From: Candidatus Saccharimonadales bacterium
GTDB taxonomy: Bacteria; Patescibacteriota; Saccharimonadia; Saccharimonadales; UBA4665
Direction: 5' to 3'
Assembly: GCA_038234505.1 (NCBI GenBank)
Contig: JBBQTW010000001.1
Location: 1-44,433 of the forward strand
Length of the DNA stretch: 44,433 bases
Below the pieces are notes generated by a model, which saw only the letters and a program-made list of their open reading frames with translations, did no database searches and was not told where the DNA came from. Numbering within the stretch: position 1 is the first letter of the stretch; every line of letters begins with the position of its first letter. Positions 1 to 9,309 of this stretch are shown here, piece by piece. A program made the position numbers and the translations under genes.

Positions 1-428
1 TCGTCGAAGACCGCCGCACCCAGGACCGCTTCCTGGCCGTTATGCTCCTGCAGCCGAAGACCCGCGAATACCTGGAGCTTATCACTGCCAACATGCTGTT
101 TCAGCCAGAAGCCCAGACTGTTCTAGACTTCCTGCAGCGCCACCGCGACTTCAGTGGTGACACCACGGCCGCTAAGGAGTTGAGCAAAGTCGCCGAGTAT
201 GTTAGAATAATTCATCTACAGTACGAGGAACTCTACCATGGTCTCGAGCTCACGGAACTTCTCTACGAAGCCGCTCGATTGCAGACCCGCCTGGTGGAAC
301 AATATGTCAAAAACCAAAAACAAATCATGACGTCCAATCTTGCGGACGCCGATGATACCGGCACGCGCGAGCTTTTGGAGCAGGCAAAGCAACTCGACAA
401 TCTACTAAACCAAGTGAAAGGCAGGTAA
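1..428 (+). CDS. dnaG: DNA primase, C-terminal helicase-interaction region (5' end outside window)
   Basis: The frame of the 42..428 ORF stays open back to nt 3, so Met42 is internal. Helical Leu-rich tail (LAVMLLQPKTREYLELI...) resembles primase C-termini. The stop lies 3 nt before rpoD, the classical dnaG-rpoD pairing. No catalytic motif is visible in this fragment. Confidence 0.5.
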   Translation, partial: VEDRRTQDRFLAVMLLQPKTREYLELITANMLFQPEAQTVLDFLQRHRDFSGDTTAAKELSKVAEYVRIIHLQYEELYHGLELTELLYEAARLQTRLVEQYVKNQKQIMTSNLADADDTGTRELLEQAKQLDNLLNQVKGR

Positions 429-431
429 TGC

Positions 432-1676
432 ATGGCCAAGAAGAAGCAACAACCCGTAGAAGCATTAACCCCAGAACAGATAAAACAGCAACTTTTCGAC
501 AAAGCCAAGGCCGACGGCCACGTTAGCCAGCGCGATATTTTTGCCGCTATCCCAGAAACCCCCGAAAACGCCGAAATTCTCGATGCGCTCTATACCGAGC
601 TGGCCGATGCCAGCGTTGAAATCACCGTCACCGAAGAACCAACTGCAGCCGATGTTGAATGGGTCGCCGAAGAAGACGAGGAAGAAGTCGTTGTCAAAGA
701 AGGCGTCTATCTAGACGATGACGTCGCCGACGACTCCGTCCGCCTCTACCTCCGCGAAATTGGCAAAATCCCGCTCCTGAACTCAGAGGAAGAGCTAGCC
801 CTGGCCCAACGGATCGTAACCAACCAACCCAAATTGGCGAAGGTGAATGTCAAGATAGCAGCTTTCGATGACGATGACGGAAACCTCAAAAGCCTAACAA
901 AACCAGAAGCCGAAGAACGCCAAAAGCTACTCGATGAAGCCACCAGCCTCAGCATTCCCAAAGACATGATGGCCGAAGCCAACATGCGCCTTGTCGTTTC
1001 AATTGCAAAAAGATACGTCGGTCGTGGCTTGGACCTGCTGGACCTTATCCAGGAAGGCAACACCGGACTACTGCGGGCTGTCGAGAAGTTCGACCCAGAC
1101 AAGGGCTTCAAATTCTCCACCTACGCTACCTGGTGGATCCGCCAGGCTATTACCCGGGCCATCGCCGACCAGGCTCGCACCATCCGTATTCCGGTGCACA
1201 TGGTAGAGACTATCAACAAACTGCTACGCACCCAGCGCCGCCTGACTCAGGAACTCAACCGCGAGCCGACCAACGACGAAATTGCCAAGGAAATGGAAAT
1301 AGAAGTCGACAAGGTCGAGCACATCATGAAAATCAAACAGGATATCTCGTCTTTGGACGCGAGCATTCGTGATGATGAGGAAGACTCCGTGCTCGCAGAC
1401 TTTATCGAAGACGAAGACACCGTATCGCCAGAGGAATCCGCCACCGGCCAACTGCTCAAAGAGCAGGTAAAGGACATGTTGGGCGCCCTAACAGAGCGCG
1501 AGCAGAAGATCCTGAAGCTGCGCTTCGGCCTAGAAGATGGCAAAAGCCACACCCTAGAAGAAGTCGGCCAGGAATTCGCCGTCACCCGCGAGCGCATCCG
1601 CCAAATAGAGGCCAAAGCCCTGGCCAAACTCCGCAAACACCGCGACGCCAAAAAGCTCCACGACTACATCAAATAG
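432..1676 (+). CDS. rpoD: Primary RNA polymerase sigma factor (sigma-70, group 1)
   Basis: Region 2 [54 protein letters not shown]. Region 4 [25 protein letters not shown]. Acidic N-terminal region. Follows dnaG. Confidence 0.95.
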   Translation: MAKKKQQPVEALTPEQIKQQLFDKAKADGHVSQRDIFAAIPETPENAEILDALYTELADASVEITVTEEPTAADVEWVAEEDEEEVVVKEGVYLDDDVADDSVRLYLREIGKIPLLNSEEELALAQRIVTNQPKLAKVNVKIAAFDDDDGNLKSLTKPEAEERQKLLDEATSLSIPKDMMAEANMRLVVSIAKRYVGRGLDLLDLIQEGNTGLLRAVEKFDPDKGFKFSTYATWWIRQAITRAIADQARTIRIPVHMVETINKLLRTQRRLTQELNREPTNDEIAKEMEIEVDKVEHIMKIKQDISSLDASIRDDEEDSVLADFIEDEDTVSPEESATGQLLKEQVKDMLGALTEREQKILKLRFGLEDGKSHTLEEVGQEFAVTRERIRQIEAKALAKLRKHRDAKKLHDYIK

Positions 1677-2843
1677 CTAAGCAGCAGCTGGAAGGTTGAA
1701 GCTGATATTATTCGGGTCAACACCGTTGGCTCGCGAGACAGCTATCATGCCGCGTCGAAACGAATCACGAGCACCTTGCCCGGTCTTGCCGGATTCACGG
1801 ACTTTTTGGGCGACATAATCGATGATTTCTTCACGGTGCGATGTCAGGGATTTGCCGGCTGCCTGTACTGGCTCGTCGCCAATAGCTATACCCTCTGCCA
1901 CTTTTTGCGGTATACGCGAGGTTTTCCGGCCGGTAAACGCTTCAGGGTGGTCTTTGGCAACAGCAAGCGCTAGTGCCAAAACGTCATTGGCTGATGCTTC
2001 ATGAGCGTAGATTACGATTCCGTCACCACGCAAAGCGTCACCACCTTTATGGGCAGTAGCCAGTTCGGAGGCGCGCTGTAACATCTTGAGCTGCAACGAA
2101 ATACCAGACTCATTGGCGGCTTGTAGTACTTTTTCAAACACCTCCGGGGCGGCCATGATGTCTGGGTTGAGGTAGATGCGCTGAGTAAGTACCCTGTCCT
2201 GCTTATGTAGTTTCTCGGCTACCCTGGTATCGGAGTAGCCCATGATAAATGTGCCACCAATTTGGCGCTGAACTGTCAGGTTCGATCGGAAATCCTCTGC
2301 TTTTGCGTCCATGCTGTTTAGTGGGTCGTGGCCGTCAACATCCATGCCGCGGTATTCAGTTGCCGCTACTGGGAAAGAATTGGATTTGCCATCGCACCAG
2401 TCTACGATCTGGTCTGCTGTCTCCTGGGTTTCGCCCTTCAGCTGGTCTAGAAATGAGCTCTTAGTTTTAATAAGTTGATTTTTACGCTCATCTGTCATCC
2501 CCGGAACTGTTAAAAATTTTATATTTCTAGCCAACATGTCTGTAGTGGCTAGGTATGAGCCAGCAATACTCTCCGGGTTATTAATAATTGCTTTGTCTGT
2601 AGGGGTAGATTCGACTTTGTCTAAGTAACCCTTAGTGCCAACCTTGTTCTCGCCCACTTGCAGGGAATCGTTTAGGCAGCCATCTATAAACTCGTCTGAA
2701 AATTTCTTTGGTGCCTGTCGCGCCTCTTCAAAGGTGTTATAACGAATCTTAAGCTGAGCTTCCGGTGACAACGTCTCTTCTCCCTGCTGTTGGGGAGGGG
2801 GTAGCTGAGCTGTTAATTCGGTTGGGGCGAGTATTTCGGACAT
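1677..2843 (-). CDS. Hypothetical 388-aa protein; C-terminal half faintly HopA1-effector / LanKC-N-terminal-like (function uncertain)
   Basis: Long ORF with its own TTGACA-N17-TACATT promoter. The segment RIYLNPDIMAAPEVFEKVL..ISLQLKML..LRGDGIVIYAH matches, from memory only, the RxYhxP...K...RxDxhhhY pattern of that family. No TM segment or signal peptide. Coding status is secure; function is not. Confidence 0.6.
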   Translation of the reverse strand: MSEILAPTELTAQLPPPQQQGEETLSPEAQLKIRYNTFEEARQAPKKFSDEFIDGCLNDSLQVGENKVGTKGYLDKVESTPTDKAIINNPESIAGSYLATTDMLARNIKFLTVPGMTDERKNQLIKTKSSFLDQLKGETQETADQIVDWCDGKSNSFPVAATEYRGMDVDGHDPLNSMDAKAEDFRSNLTVQRQIGGTFIMGYSDTRVAEKLHKQDRVLTQRIYLNPDIMAAPEVFEKVLQAANESGISLQLKMLQRASELATAHKGGDALRGDGIVIYAHEASANDVLALALAVAKDHPEAFTGRKTSRIPQKVAEGIAIGDEPVQAAGKSLTSHREEIIDYVAQKVRESGKTGQGARDSFRRGMIAVSRANGVDPNNISFNLPAAA

Positions 2844-2866
2844 TTTGTTTTTGACTTACTTCTTAC

Positions 2867-2895
2867 AATGTATCACACTTATGCTTATTTGTCAA
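2867..2895 (-). promoter_or_regulatory. Promoter TTGACA-N17(TGa)-TACATT for the 1677..2843 gene
   Basis: The minus strand reads TTGACAAATAAGCATAAGTGTGATACATT, followed by a 23-nt A-rich SD-less leader (GTAAGAAGTAAGTCAAAAACAAA) and the ATG at 2843. Confidence 0.6.
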
Positions 2896-2944
2896 TGTTG
2901 TGGCGGTCGTATGTATTATTTCCTGCGGTGCTAACCGGGGTAGA

Positions 2945-2953
2945 TGGTAGAAT
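2945..2953 (+). promoter_or_regulatory. Possible extended -10 (TGgTAGAAT) upstream of the kinase-like gene
   Basis: TGGTAGAAT lies 12 nt before ATG 2966. GGGAG lies between them. No good -35. Confidence 0.3.
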
Positions 2954-2965
2954 GGTGGGAGTTTT

Positions 2966-3574
2966 ATGGCATTAAATCTCAAAATTATTGGAGTGGCAGG
3001 TACTAACGGGTCTGGTAAGGATTCGGTTGGGCAGGTGCTGGCGGACCGGCACAGCTACTTGTTTGTATCTGTTACGGACCTCTTACGGGCCGAGCTACAC
3101 CGACGTGGCCTACCTGTCGACCGCGAGCATTTGCGTGAGCTGAGTGCTGAGTGGCGCCGCGAGCACGGCTACGGCGTGTTGGTAGACCGCGCACTCGAGG
3201 AATTTAACAAGCTAAAAGGCCAGTATGTCGGTATAGCGATTGCCTCACTTCGAAATCCATCTGAAGCCGACCGGATCCACGAACTTGGCGGCTTAGTTAT
3301 GTGGATAGATGCCGATGCTCGCACGCGCTACGAACGTATCCAAAACAATGCCGAGGCCCGGGCCCGGGCTGGTGAAGATGCCAAGTCGTTCGAGGAGTTC
3401 CTAGCGGAGGAAGAAGCCGAAATGCACAGCAGCGGCGATGCAGCTACGCTCAACATGAGCGAGGTCAAAAAGCGGGCCGATATTATCCTAGATAACGACC
3501 AAACCAACCTCGCTGAGTTCCAGGACTTCATAACCGAACAACTCTTCGGCGTCCACGGCAACCCAGCTTCCTAG
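2966..3574 (+). CDS. P-loop nucleotide/nucleoside kinase-like protein (CoaE / dNMP-kinase-like)
   Basis: N-terminal Walker A IIGVAGTNGSGKDS. About 200 aa, a size and layout typical of small P-loop kinases. Substrate not inferable. Confidence 0.55.
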   Translation: MALNLKIIGVAGTNGSGKDSVGQVLADRHSYLFVSVTDLLRAELHRRGLPVDREHLRELSAEWRREHGYGVLVDRALEEFNKLKGQYVGIAIASLRNPSEADRIHELGGLVMWIDADARTRYERIQNNAEARARAGEDAKSFEEFLAEEEAEMHSSGDAATLNMSEVKKRADIILDNDQTNLAEFQDFITEQLFGVHGNPAS

Positions 3575-3577
3575 ATA

Positions 3578-3606
3578 TTGACATTTATGATATATTACGC
3601 TATAAT
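3578..3606 (+). promoter_or_regulatory. Consensus promoter TTGACA-N17-TATAAT; GTG 3613 lies 6 nt downstream (leaderless geometry)
   Basis: TTGACA 3578-3583, 17-nt spacer, TATAAT 3601-3606, AACAGA, then GTG 3613. Confidence 0.75.
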
Positions 3607-3612
3607 AACAGA

Positions 3613-4629
3613 GTGATACAGTCACCAGAGTATGGGAGCTTCGAAGCTCCTTTTTTTGACTCCTATAAGCCTGAACTACGCCAGGTGTTTGATGTATTGG
3701 GTCACTCTGGAGATTGGAAAGATACATTGCCAGAGATGTCTAATTATATGCAGCAGCAATGGGTGCCTGGTGACCACTGGAATCCGAAGAACCAAGAGCC
3801 ATTTTCTGATACCCAGGTCGTACAGACGCGCGAATTATTTGCCCGTATGGGCATGGTGGGTGAACAGGTACCACCCTCGGGTGAATACGACCAAATAGTT
3901 ATTCTTGGCGCCATGATGCGTGCTAATAATGCCCGCACGGAGTTCGTGGCCAATCTCATGCATGAGGGCCGCGTAACTATTGCCCAGGGCGGTAAAATTG
4001 TTTTCTGGGGCGGCCCACGACAGCGCGAAAAGAAAGAAGATGAGCCCACAGCACGACTTCTGGGTACGCTCGGACAGCCTACACATCATGCTTTTCAGAA
4101 TCCATGGCTGCAAAAGCAACTTCGTTTATTGAGTGAGTCGAACGCGGAGCGGGTACTAGAAACAGAAGCCGACGAAGGCAGGGCAGTCATGCTCCATCAC
4201 CTCGGTGACATGACGCTAAATCGGGCATATATACCACTGGCAACAGATATTTCACAGCTACCGGAGCCAGGAAAGTACAGGGATATTAGCAGATACGATT
4301 TTACGCAAAGTAGTGGCACCAAAGTCGAAGTTATAAACGCCCAAACTGTCGACCGACCAATGGGCGATCCACGACACACGACTGAGCAGTGCGCCAAGGA
4401 GTGGCTAGAAACTGATCCGCCAGCCGAGCACGCTCGCGTGCTTTTTGTGTCGAGCAACCCCTATATACGCCGTACTACGCTGGTCGTGAACAAGCTTATC
4501 GACCAGTCGGGTAGAAATGACATCCAACTTTTTAGTTGCGGTCCAGCCGCCTACGAGACAACCCAACCTCAGCTATTTATGGGTGAGGCCGGCCGCCTGA
4601 TATACGAAGATTTGCAGCGGGCACAGTAG
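3613..4629 (+). CDS. Hypothetical protein, possibly YdcF/DUF218-like Rossmann fold; paralog of 5596..6480
   Basis: The motif series IVILGAMMRANNARTEF / IVFWGGPRQRE / ETEADEG / VLFVSSNPYIRRT resembles the DUF218 pattern (hhhLGG..R / sGG / sEA / hhVTs..H..R). Recognition is by eye only. Confidence 0.55.
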   Translation: MIQSPEYGSFEAPFFDSYKPELRQVFDVLGHSGDWKDTLPEMSNYMQQQWVPGDHWNPKNQEPFSDTQVVQTRELFARMGMVGEQVPPSGEYDQIVILGAMMRANNARTEFVANLMHEGRVTIAQGGKIVFWGGPRQREKKEDEPTARLLGTLGQPTHHAFQNPWLQKQLRLLSESNAERVLETEADEGRAVMLHHLGDMTLNRAYIPLATDISQLPEPGKYRDISRYDFTQSSGTKVEVINAQTVDRPMGDPRHTTEQCAKEWLETDPPAEHARVLFVSSNPYIRRTTLVVNKLIDQSGRNDIQLFSCGPAAYETTQPQLFMGEAGRLIYEDLQRAQ

Positions 4630-4630
4630 C

Positions 4631-5422
4631 CTAGGTTTTTTTATTCAATAACTTCGGTAATTTCTCGTATCCAGGAAGGTTGCGCTGGCCTCGTTCGACA
4701 AGCTTAAAAACTTGTTTGAATGCATCGGCAATCTGCGGGCTTTCGATAATCATGCCGATTGCCTCTGTGCCGTAGGAAATAACATATAACTTGTCGCCAA
4801 ACGCACCCCATTCAACTGGCGCAGTGTAGTCATTGGCCCGCAGCCAGGTGCGATTTAGCCGCACGCGCTGGTCCCACTCGTCGTAATCCTTCTGAACTTT
4901 CGGACTATCCGGTGTTAGGCCGTGACGTTTCACTTGATTTTTCAGTGCCTTGGCGCGAACTTTGTCCATCGCTGTACTGCCATGGTAATTCGTACCAGCT
5001 GTTGTATGGATGTAGTAAATGTCGTCGGCTTGGGACTCGTAGGCATCGTATATGTCTAGGATCTCCTCTTTTCCCTGATAAAAACGTACGCCGGGTTGCT
5101 CGTTTACCTTCACATAGCCGTGCAATAGCTCTTTGGCATGGAGTTCGAGCTCCTTTTCGGCCGCCGCACGGGCTTCGCGTTGAGCGCGGGCTAGTTCTAG
5201 CAGGCGAGTGGGGTTGGTGGCTCGGTAGTGGAGTTTTTTGGCTTTGTCGAAGCGTTCGGCCAGACCTTTGGCAATTAAATTATCGAGAATTTTGTAGCAA
5301 TTTGTGCGGGTCTCGCCGACGTTTTGGGCTAATGCGGCTGGTTTCCAGTCGAGTTGTGTCATGAGAGCTTGATATGTCTTGGCCTCTGTTTCGCTAAGGC
5401 CGGCGGCGGTTAAATCTATCAT
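4631..5422 (-). CDS. TrmB-family (winged-helix) transcriptional regulator
   Basis: MIDLTAAGLSETEAKTYQALMTQLDWKPAALAQNVGETRTNCYKILDNLIAKGL is a typical TrmB N-terminal wHTH. Start moved to ATG 5422 because a TTTACA-N17-TATACT promoter occupies the upstream 63 nt of the tracked ORF. Confidence 0.75.
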   Translation of the reverse strand: MIDLTAAGLSETEAKTYQALMTQLDWKPAALAQNVGETRTNCYKILDNLIAKGLAERFDKAKKLHYRATNPTRLLELARAQREARAAAEKELELHAKELLHGYVKVNEQPGVRFYQGKEEILDIYDAYESQADDIYYIHTTAGTNYHGSTAMDKVRAKALKNQVKRHGLTPDSPKVQKDYDEWDQRVRLNRTWLRANDYTAPVEWGAFGDKLYVISYGTEAIGMIIESPQIADAFKQVFKLVERGQRNLPGYEKLPKLLNKKT

Positions 5423-5428
5423 AGAGCA

Positions 5429-5457
5429 AGTATAGCAAAAATTACATATTTTGTAAA
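5429..5457 (-). promoter_or_regulatory. Promoter TTTACA-N17(TGc)-TATACT; ATG 5422 lies 6 nt downstream (leaderless geometry)
   Basis: The minus strand reads TTTACAAAATATGTAATTTTTGCTATACT, then TGCTCT, then ATG. Confidence 0.65.
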
Positions 5458-5481
5458 TATATAATTCACATAATATGTAAT
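5441..5481. promoter_or_regulatory. 41-bp imperfect palindrome (candidate operator) in the divergent TrmB-like control region
   Basis: ATTACATATTTTGTAAATATATAATTCACATAATATGTAAT. The outer 10 bp are a perfect inverted repeat (ATTACATATT / AATATGTAAT) and 16 of 20 arm positions pair. The left arm lies inside the spacer of the regulator's own promoter. Confidence 0.5.
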
Positions 5482-5518
5482 ACAAGAGACAGAAGACTGA
5501 TAGTTAGTGAATTACGTA

Positions 5519-5547
5519 TTGACAGAGGTATTGCTAAGTGTTACTAT
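5519..5547 (+). promoter_or_regulatory. Promoter TTGACA-N17(TGt)-TACTAT for the 5596..6480 gene
   Basis: TTGACA 5519-5524 and TACTAT 5542-5547. The downstream leader carries AAAGGAG 6 nt before ATG 5596. Confidence 0.7.
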
Positions 5548-5595
5548 TGATGGCATCGTAATATATTGGCCTTATGGAAGGCAAAGGAGCTTGGC

Positions 5596-6480
5596 ATGAG
5601 AGTAAATGAACGAGATTTTAGTACATACCATTTGGGTGATGACGTGACTCAGCTAGCAGGCGGCGTCATTGCAGAAGTGGCGGATATTACTGCCATGCCT
5701 CTGGATGGTAGTAATGTTGAGCAACTTGGCATGTTGGTCGGAGCAATTGGAGCAGACAAGGTTCTGCGGAATAATCCAAATCGGACATTACAAGATGCTT
5801 TACCGCTCGAGCGGGCAGCAGACTTGATAGACCAGTCGGGTATCCAAAAACCCTTGAACCGAAGTTTCCGACATCCTGATACGGAAATGCCATTCAGCGA
5901 GCCGCTTGTCGTAACTGGCGCCGTGGCTAACTGGCAAGACCGAACTGCCAAACTTGTACAAGGCTGGCCACAAACTCGGGTGTTTATGCCCACCGGTAAT
6001 CGTGATATGAGTAGCAAAACAGAGATCAGCAACCCAAATATCATCCAATTTATGCGGTTTGATATCGATCAACCGTACCCAACAGAGGCACGATACGCTG
6101 AGTCTTACGTGAAGCCACTTCTGGAGCGGGCCGGACATGATGTGCGGCTGGAAGCTATAGAAAGTGGCGATGGTCAGTTTATTCTTGATAGTTTCGCAAA
6201 GTCACATCGGGATTTGCTCTACGGGCGCATCGGTGTTGCGCGAGTGGCTAATGCTGGCGTACAGCTAGCCTATCAAATGCGCCAGGCGGCACGTGGAGTT
6301 CTGCCGCAATTCGACTCTGACAAGCAAATTTCCCAGCTATACATAATCACTGATACCCTACCAGTTGCTCGAACGGAGGAGCAGGTGAAAGATCTTACGA
6401 ACTTCCAGAGCCCATACACTGCACTGCGCCAGCTAGCACTAACGGCTAAATTGTTAGCACAGGCTGGCTTCGAGAATTAA
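5596..6480 (+). CDS. Hypothetical protein, distant paralog of 3613..4629 (possible YdcF/DUF218-like)
   Basis: Start placed at ATG 5596, which has an AAAGGAG SD at 5583-5589; the tracked TTG at 5566 has none. LVVTGAVANWQDRTAKL / VFMPTGNRDMS / PTEARYAE align with the motifs of the 3613 gene. Confidence 0.6.
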   Translation: MRVNERDFSTYHLGDDVTQLAGGVIAEVADITAMPLDGSNVEQLGMLVGAIGADKVLRNNPNRTLQDALPLERAADLIDQSGIQKPLNRSFRHPDTEMPFSEPLVVTGAVANWQDRTAKLVQGWPQTRVFMPTGNRDMSSKTEISNPNIIQFMRFDIDQPYPTEARYAESYVKPLLERAGHDVRLEAIESGDGQFILDSFAKSHRDLLYGRIGVARVANAGVQLAYQMRQAARGVLPQFDSDKQISQLYIITDTLPVARTEEQVKDLTNFQSPYTALRQLALTAKLLAQAGFEN

Positions 6481-6483
6481 ACT

Positions 6484-9309
6484 TTAGGCTAACCTTGGGT
6501 GTTGGCGGAGGGTTTCGTGGGAGTGGTCGCGGAGCAGGGCCCGGCGGGTGTGTTTGCGGGTGTGGCGCTGGCTCATGCGGATGAGGAAGTAGACGATAGC
6601 TACGGCCAGGGCTGTTAGTAGGTCTATGGCGCTGAGTGTGCCGGCGTGGAAGTAGGGGCTGACGAGCGGGTTGTAGATGATGTTGGCGATGAGCACAAAT
6701 GACACCGCAAAGGCCAACAGGAGCTTCCTATTGCTCCACAGGTAGCTGGTAAATACTTTTTCGTGCTCGTCACTGCGCACTAGCATGAGGTTCACGAACT
6801 GGCAGAGAACGATGGTGACGTATGTAAGGATAGTCGCCTGGGCGTACAGGTGGCTGTGGACGTCGATACGGACGGGGCTGAGGCCACGGCGCTCGAAGAA
6901 GAACAAGAAGTTGGCGTAGGCCAGCGTGGCAGACAGCAGGCCAAAGGCGACAAACTCGGTGACAGCGTGTTTGTTTATGATGTGATCGGACAGTTTGCGG
7001 GGTTTGTCGTGCATGAGGTTCCGCTGGGCGCTATCCCAGCCCAGGGCGGTTATGGGGAACATCTCGGCCGCGATATCGATGGCTAGGATCTGGATGGCTA
7101 GGATAGCCAACGGCACGTGGAAGGCCGCTTGGCCAACGAGGCTTATGAGTATGACAAATAGTTCGCCGGCGTTGTCGGTGAGCGCGCAGCGGGCGGCTTT
7201 GTGGATGTTTCGGTAGGTGAGCCGCCCCTGTTCGACGGCGCTTACGAGCGTGCTAAAACTGTCGTCGAGTAGTACAATTTCGGCGGCGTCTTTGGCTACA
7301 TCGGTGCCGGTTTTGCCCATGGCAACCCCTATGTCGGCCCGTTTGAGTGCTGGGGCGTCGTTTATGCCATCACCAGTGACAGCTACCACCCGGCCGCTGG
7401 CTTTGGCGATTTCGACGATACGCAGTTTATCCTCTGGTGCGACACGGCTAAACACGGTGCCACCGCGCTCCACGAGCTGCAGGATTTGGCTATCGGCCAG
7501 GTGGGGGAGTTCATCGCCGAGGATTATGGTGATGTCATCTGGGCTATCGGCCAGCTCGGCGTGGCGGGCGATAGCCTGGGCAGTGGTGGGGTTGTCGCCG
7601 GTGACGACTGATACCTTTATGTGTGCGCCACGGGCGGCAATCATCGCCCTGGGCACTTGTTCGCGCAGCGGGTCGAGCATACTCACCATACCGAGGTAGG
7701 TGAAGCCAGTCTCGATATTGGCCATTTGCAGGGTGCTGACATCTGTTTTCGCCGGCAAAACACGGTAGGCAAAGGCGAGGTTGCGCATGGCATCGGTGGC
7801 GAGCGTATTATTGTACTCAGTGAGCCGTTTGTGGTCGCCGACGCTGAGTTTGCGCTCCAGATTGTGGTCGTAGATACGTGTGCTGCGTTCCAGGATTGCC
7901 TCTGGTGCGCCCTTGGCAAACACGACTATCCGACCGTCTTTCAGTCGCCGAACAGAGCTCATGAGCTTGCGGGCGGAGTCGAATTGGAACTCTTTTATCT
8001 CGTGATTTTGCCCGTCCAGCTCCGTCGGTTCGATGCCAGCCTTGCGAGCCATGGTGATAAGTGCACCTTCTGTTGGGTCGCCAACGACGTACCAGGTAGC
8101 ATGCTGGTCATCGGGCGGATTGATACGAGCGTTGCTGGCCATGGCGGCTGTCTCGAAGAACAGGCCGATCGCTTTCAGGGCTTTTTGGCTCAATGGCTTA
8201 TCTTTGCTATCTGTTATCTGACCATTCGGCTCGTAGCCGGTACCACTAACCCGGTACTCAGTTTTGCCGATGAGCAGGGAAGTTACTGTCATTTCGTTTT
8301 TGGTGAGCGTGCCGGTTTTGTCGGTGAGGATAACATTGGTAGCACCTAGTGTTTCGACAGCTGACAGTTTTTTTACCAGGGCTCGAGATTTGGCCATGCG
8401 ATTGGCTGTTTGGGCGAGCGTGATATTAACCTCGGCGGCCAGGCCATTGGGGATCATGGCGGCGGCGATACCGATAGCAAACAACAGGGAGTCGTGGACA
8501 CCAAACTTGGCTCGGAGGGCGACGAGTGTCAGCAGAACAGCGAGGATAACCGTGCCTTGCACGAGCCGCTTCGCGAGGTTATTCATCTCTTTTTGCAGTG
8601 GTGAAGTGTCGCTGGCGACAACTTGGCTGAGGCTAGCAATCCGGCCTAATTCTGTGTGCATGCCGGTGCCGACGACTATGCCGTGACCATGACCAGTGGC
8701 GACTGTGGTACCCATAAACAGCAGGTTGTGGCGGTTGGCCAGTGGCACATCGCCGTCTATGGCGTGGACAAATTTCCGGCTCGGCTGGCTCTCGCCGGTA
8801 AGCGCAAAGTCGTTGCTGGCTAGCTCTTCCTCGTCCAGAATACGCAGATCGGCCGGCACGCTGTCGCCCTCCTCTATATAGACGATATCGCCCAGCACCA
8901 GCTCGACAGCATTGATTTCTGTCAGGCTGCCACCTCTGATAACTTTGGCTTTGGGCACCATCAGCTGCTGCAAGCTAGCAAACAGCGTTTCGGCCTTGTG
9001 CTCCTGGAAAAACCCGACTAGGGCATTCACCAGGGCGATGATAATCATGATGGTGGCTGTCTTGCCGTCGTGCAGGTACAGCGATATGCCGGCGCTGGCC
9101 AGCAGGATAACAACGAGCAAGTTTTTGAACTGGCGGCCAAATGTCACCAGCGCCGACTCGCGGTGGGCTTTGTGCAACATATTCGGCCCCAAGTGCTCCA
9201 GCCGCTCGGCGGCTTCGCCAGCGCTGAGCCCGTCGGCCCGCGAATTAACTTCGCTCAGCACGTTTTCTGGAGGCAAGCGATAGTAATTGAGCCGTTTGTA
9301 ATCGTCCAT
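6484..9309 (-). CDS. Cation-transporting P-type ATPase, type II (Ca2+/Mg2+-like)
   Basis: LTGESQPSRK, phosphorylation site DKTGTLTKNEM, KGAPE, TGDNPTTAQAIA and VTGDGINDAPALKRADIGVAMG, with multiple TM helices. Start set at Met19 of the tracked ORF (MDDYKRLNYY..LSAGEAAERL, a typical N-terminus). Confidence 0.9.
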   Translation of the reverse strand: MDDYKRLNYYRLPPENVLSEVNSRADGLSAGEAAERLEHLGPNMLHKAHRESALVTFGRQFKNLLVVILLASAGISLYLHDGKTATIMIIIALVNALVGFFQEHKAETLFASLQQLMVPKAKVIRGGSLTEINAVELVLGDIVYIEEGDSVPADLRILDEEELASNDFALTGESQPSRKFVHAIDGDVPLANRHNLLFMGTTVATGHGHGIVVGTGMHTELGRIASLSQVVASDTSPLQKEMNNLAKRLVQGTVILAVLLTLVALRAKFGVHDSLLFAIGIAAAMIPNGLAAEVNITLAQTANRMAKSRALVKKLSAVETLGATNVILTDKTGTLTKNEMTVTSLLIGKTEYRVSGTGYEPNGQITDSKDKPLSQKALKAIGLFFETAAMASNARINPPDDQHATWYVVGDPTEGALITMARKAGIEPTELDGQNHEIKEFQFDSARKLMSSVRRLKDGRIVVFAKGAPEAILERSTRIYDHNLERKLSVGDHKRLTEYNNTLATDAMRNLAFAYRVLPAKTDVSTLQMANIETGFTYLGMVSMLDPLREQVPRAMIAARGAHIKVSVVTGDNPTTAQAIARHAELADSPDDITIILGDELPHLADSQILQLVERGGTVFSRVAPEDKLRIVEIAKASGRVVAVTGDGINDAPALKRADIGVAMGKTGTDVAKDAAEIVLLDDSFSTLVSAVEQGRLTYRNIHKAARCALTDNAGELFVILISLVGQAAFHVPLAILAIQILAIDIAAEMFPITALGWDSAQRNLMHDKPRKLSDHIINKHAVTEFVAFGLLSATLAYANFLFFFERRGLSPVRIDVHSHLYAQATILTYVTIVLCQFVNLMLVRSDEHEKVFTSYLWSNRKLLLAFAVSFVLIANIIYNPLVSPYFHAGTLSAIDLLTALAVAIVYFLIRMSQRHTRKHTRRALLRDHSHETLRQHPRLA

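Noticed and set aside
5423-5485. N-terminal extensions of the tracked ORFs for the TrmB-like gene (5423-5485) and the P-type ATPase (9310-9363), and the GTG 37144 and TTG 5566 starts.
   Set aside because: The extensions translate to implausible Cys/Tyr/Ile-rich peptides or overlap promoter hexamers. Internal ATGs give canonical N-termini and proper promoter or SD spacing.
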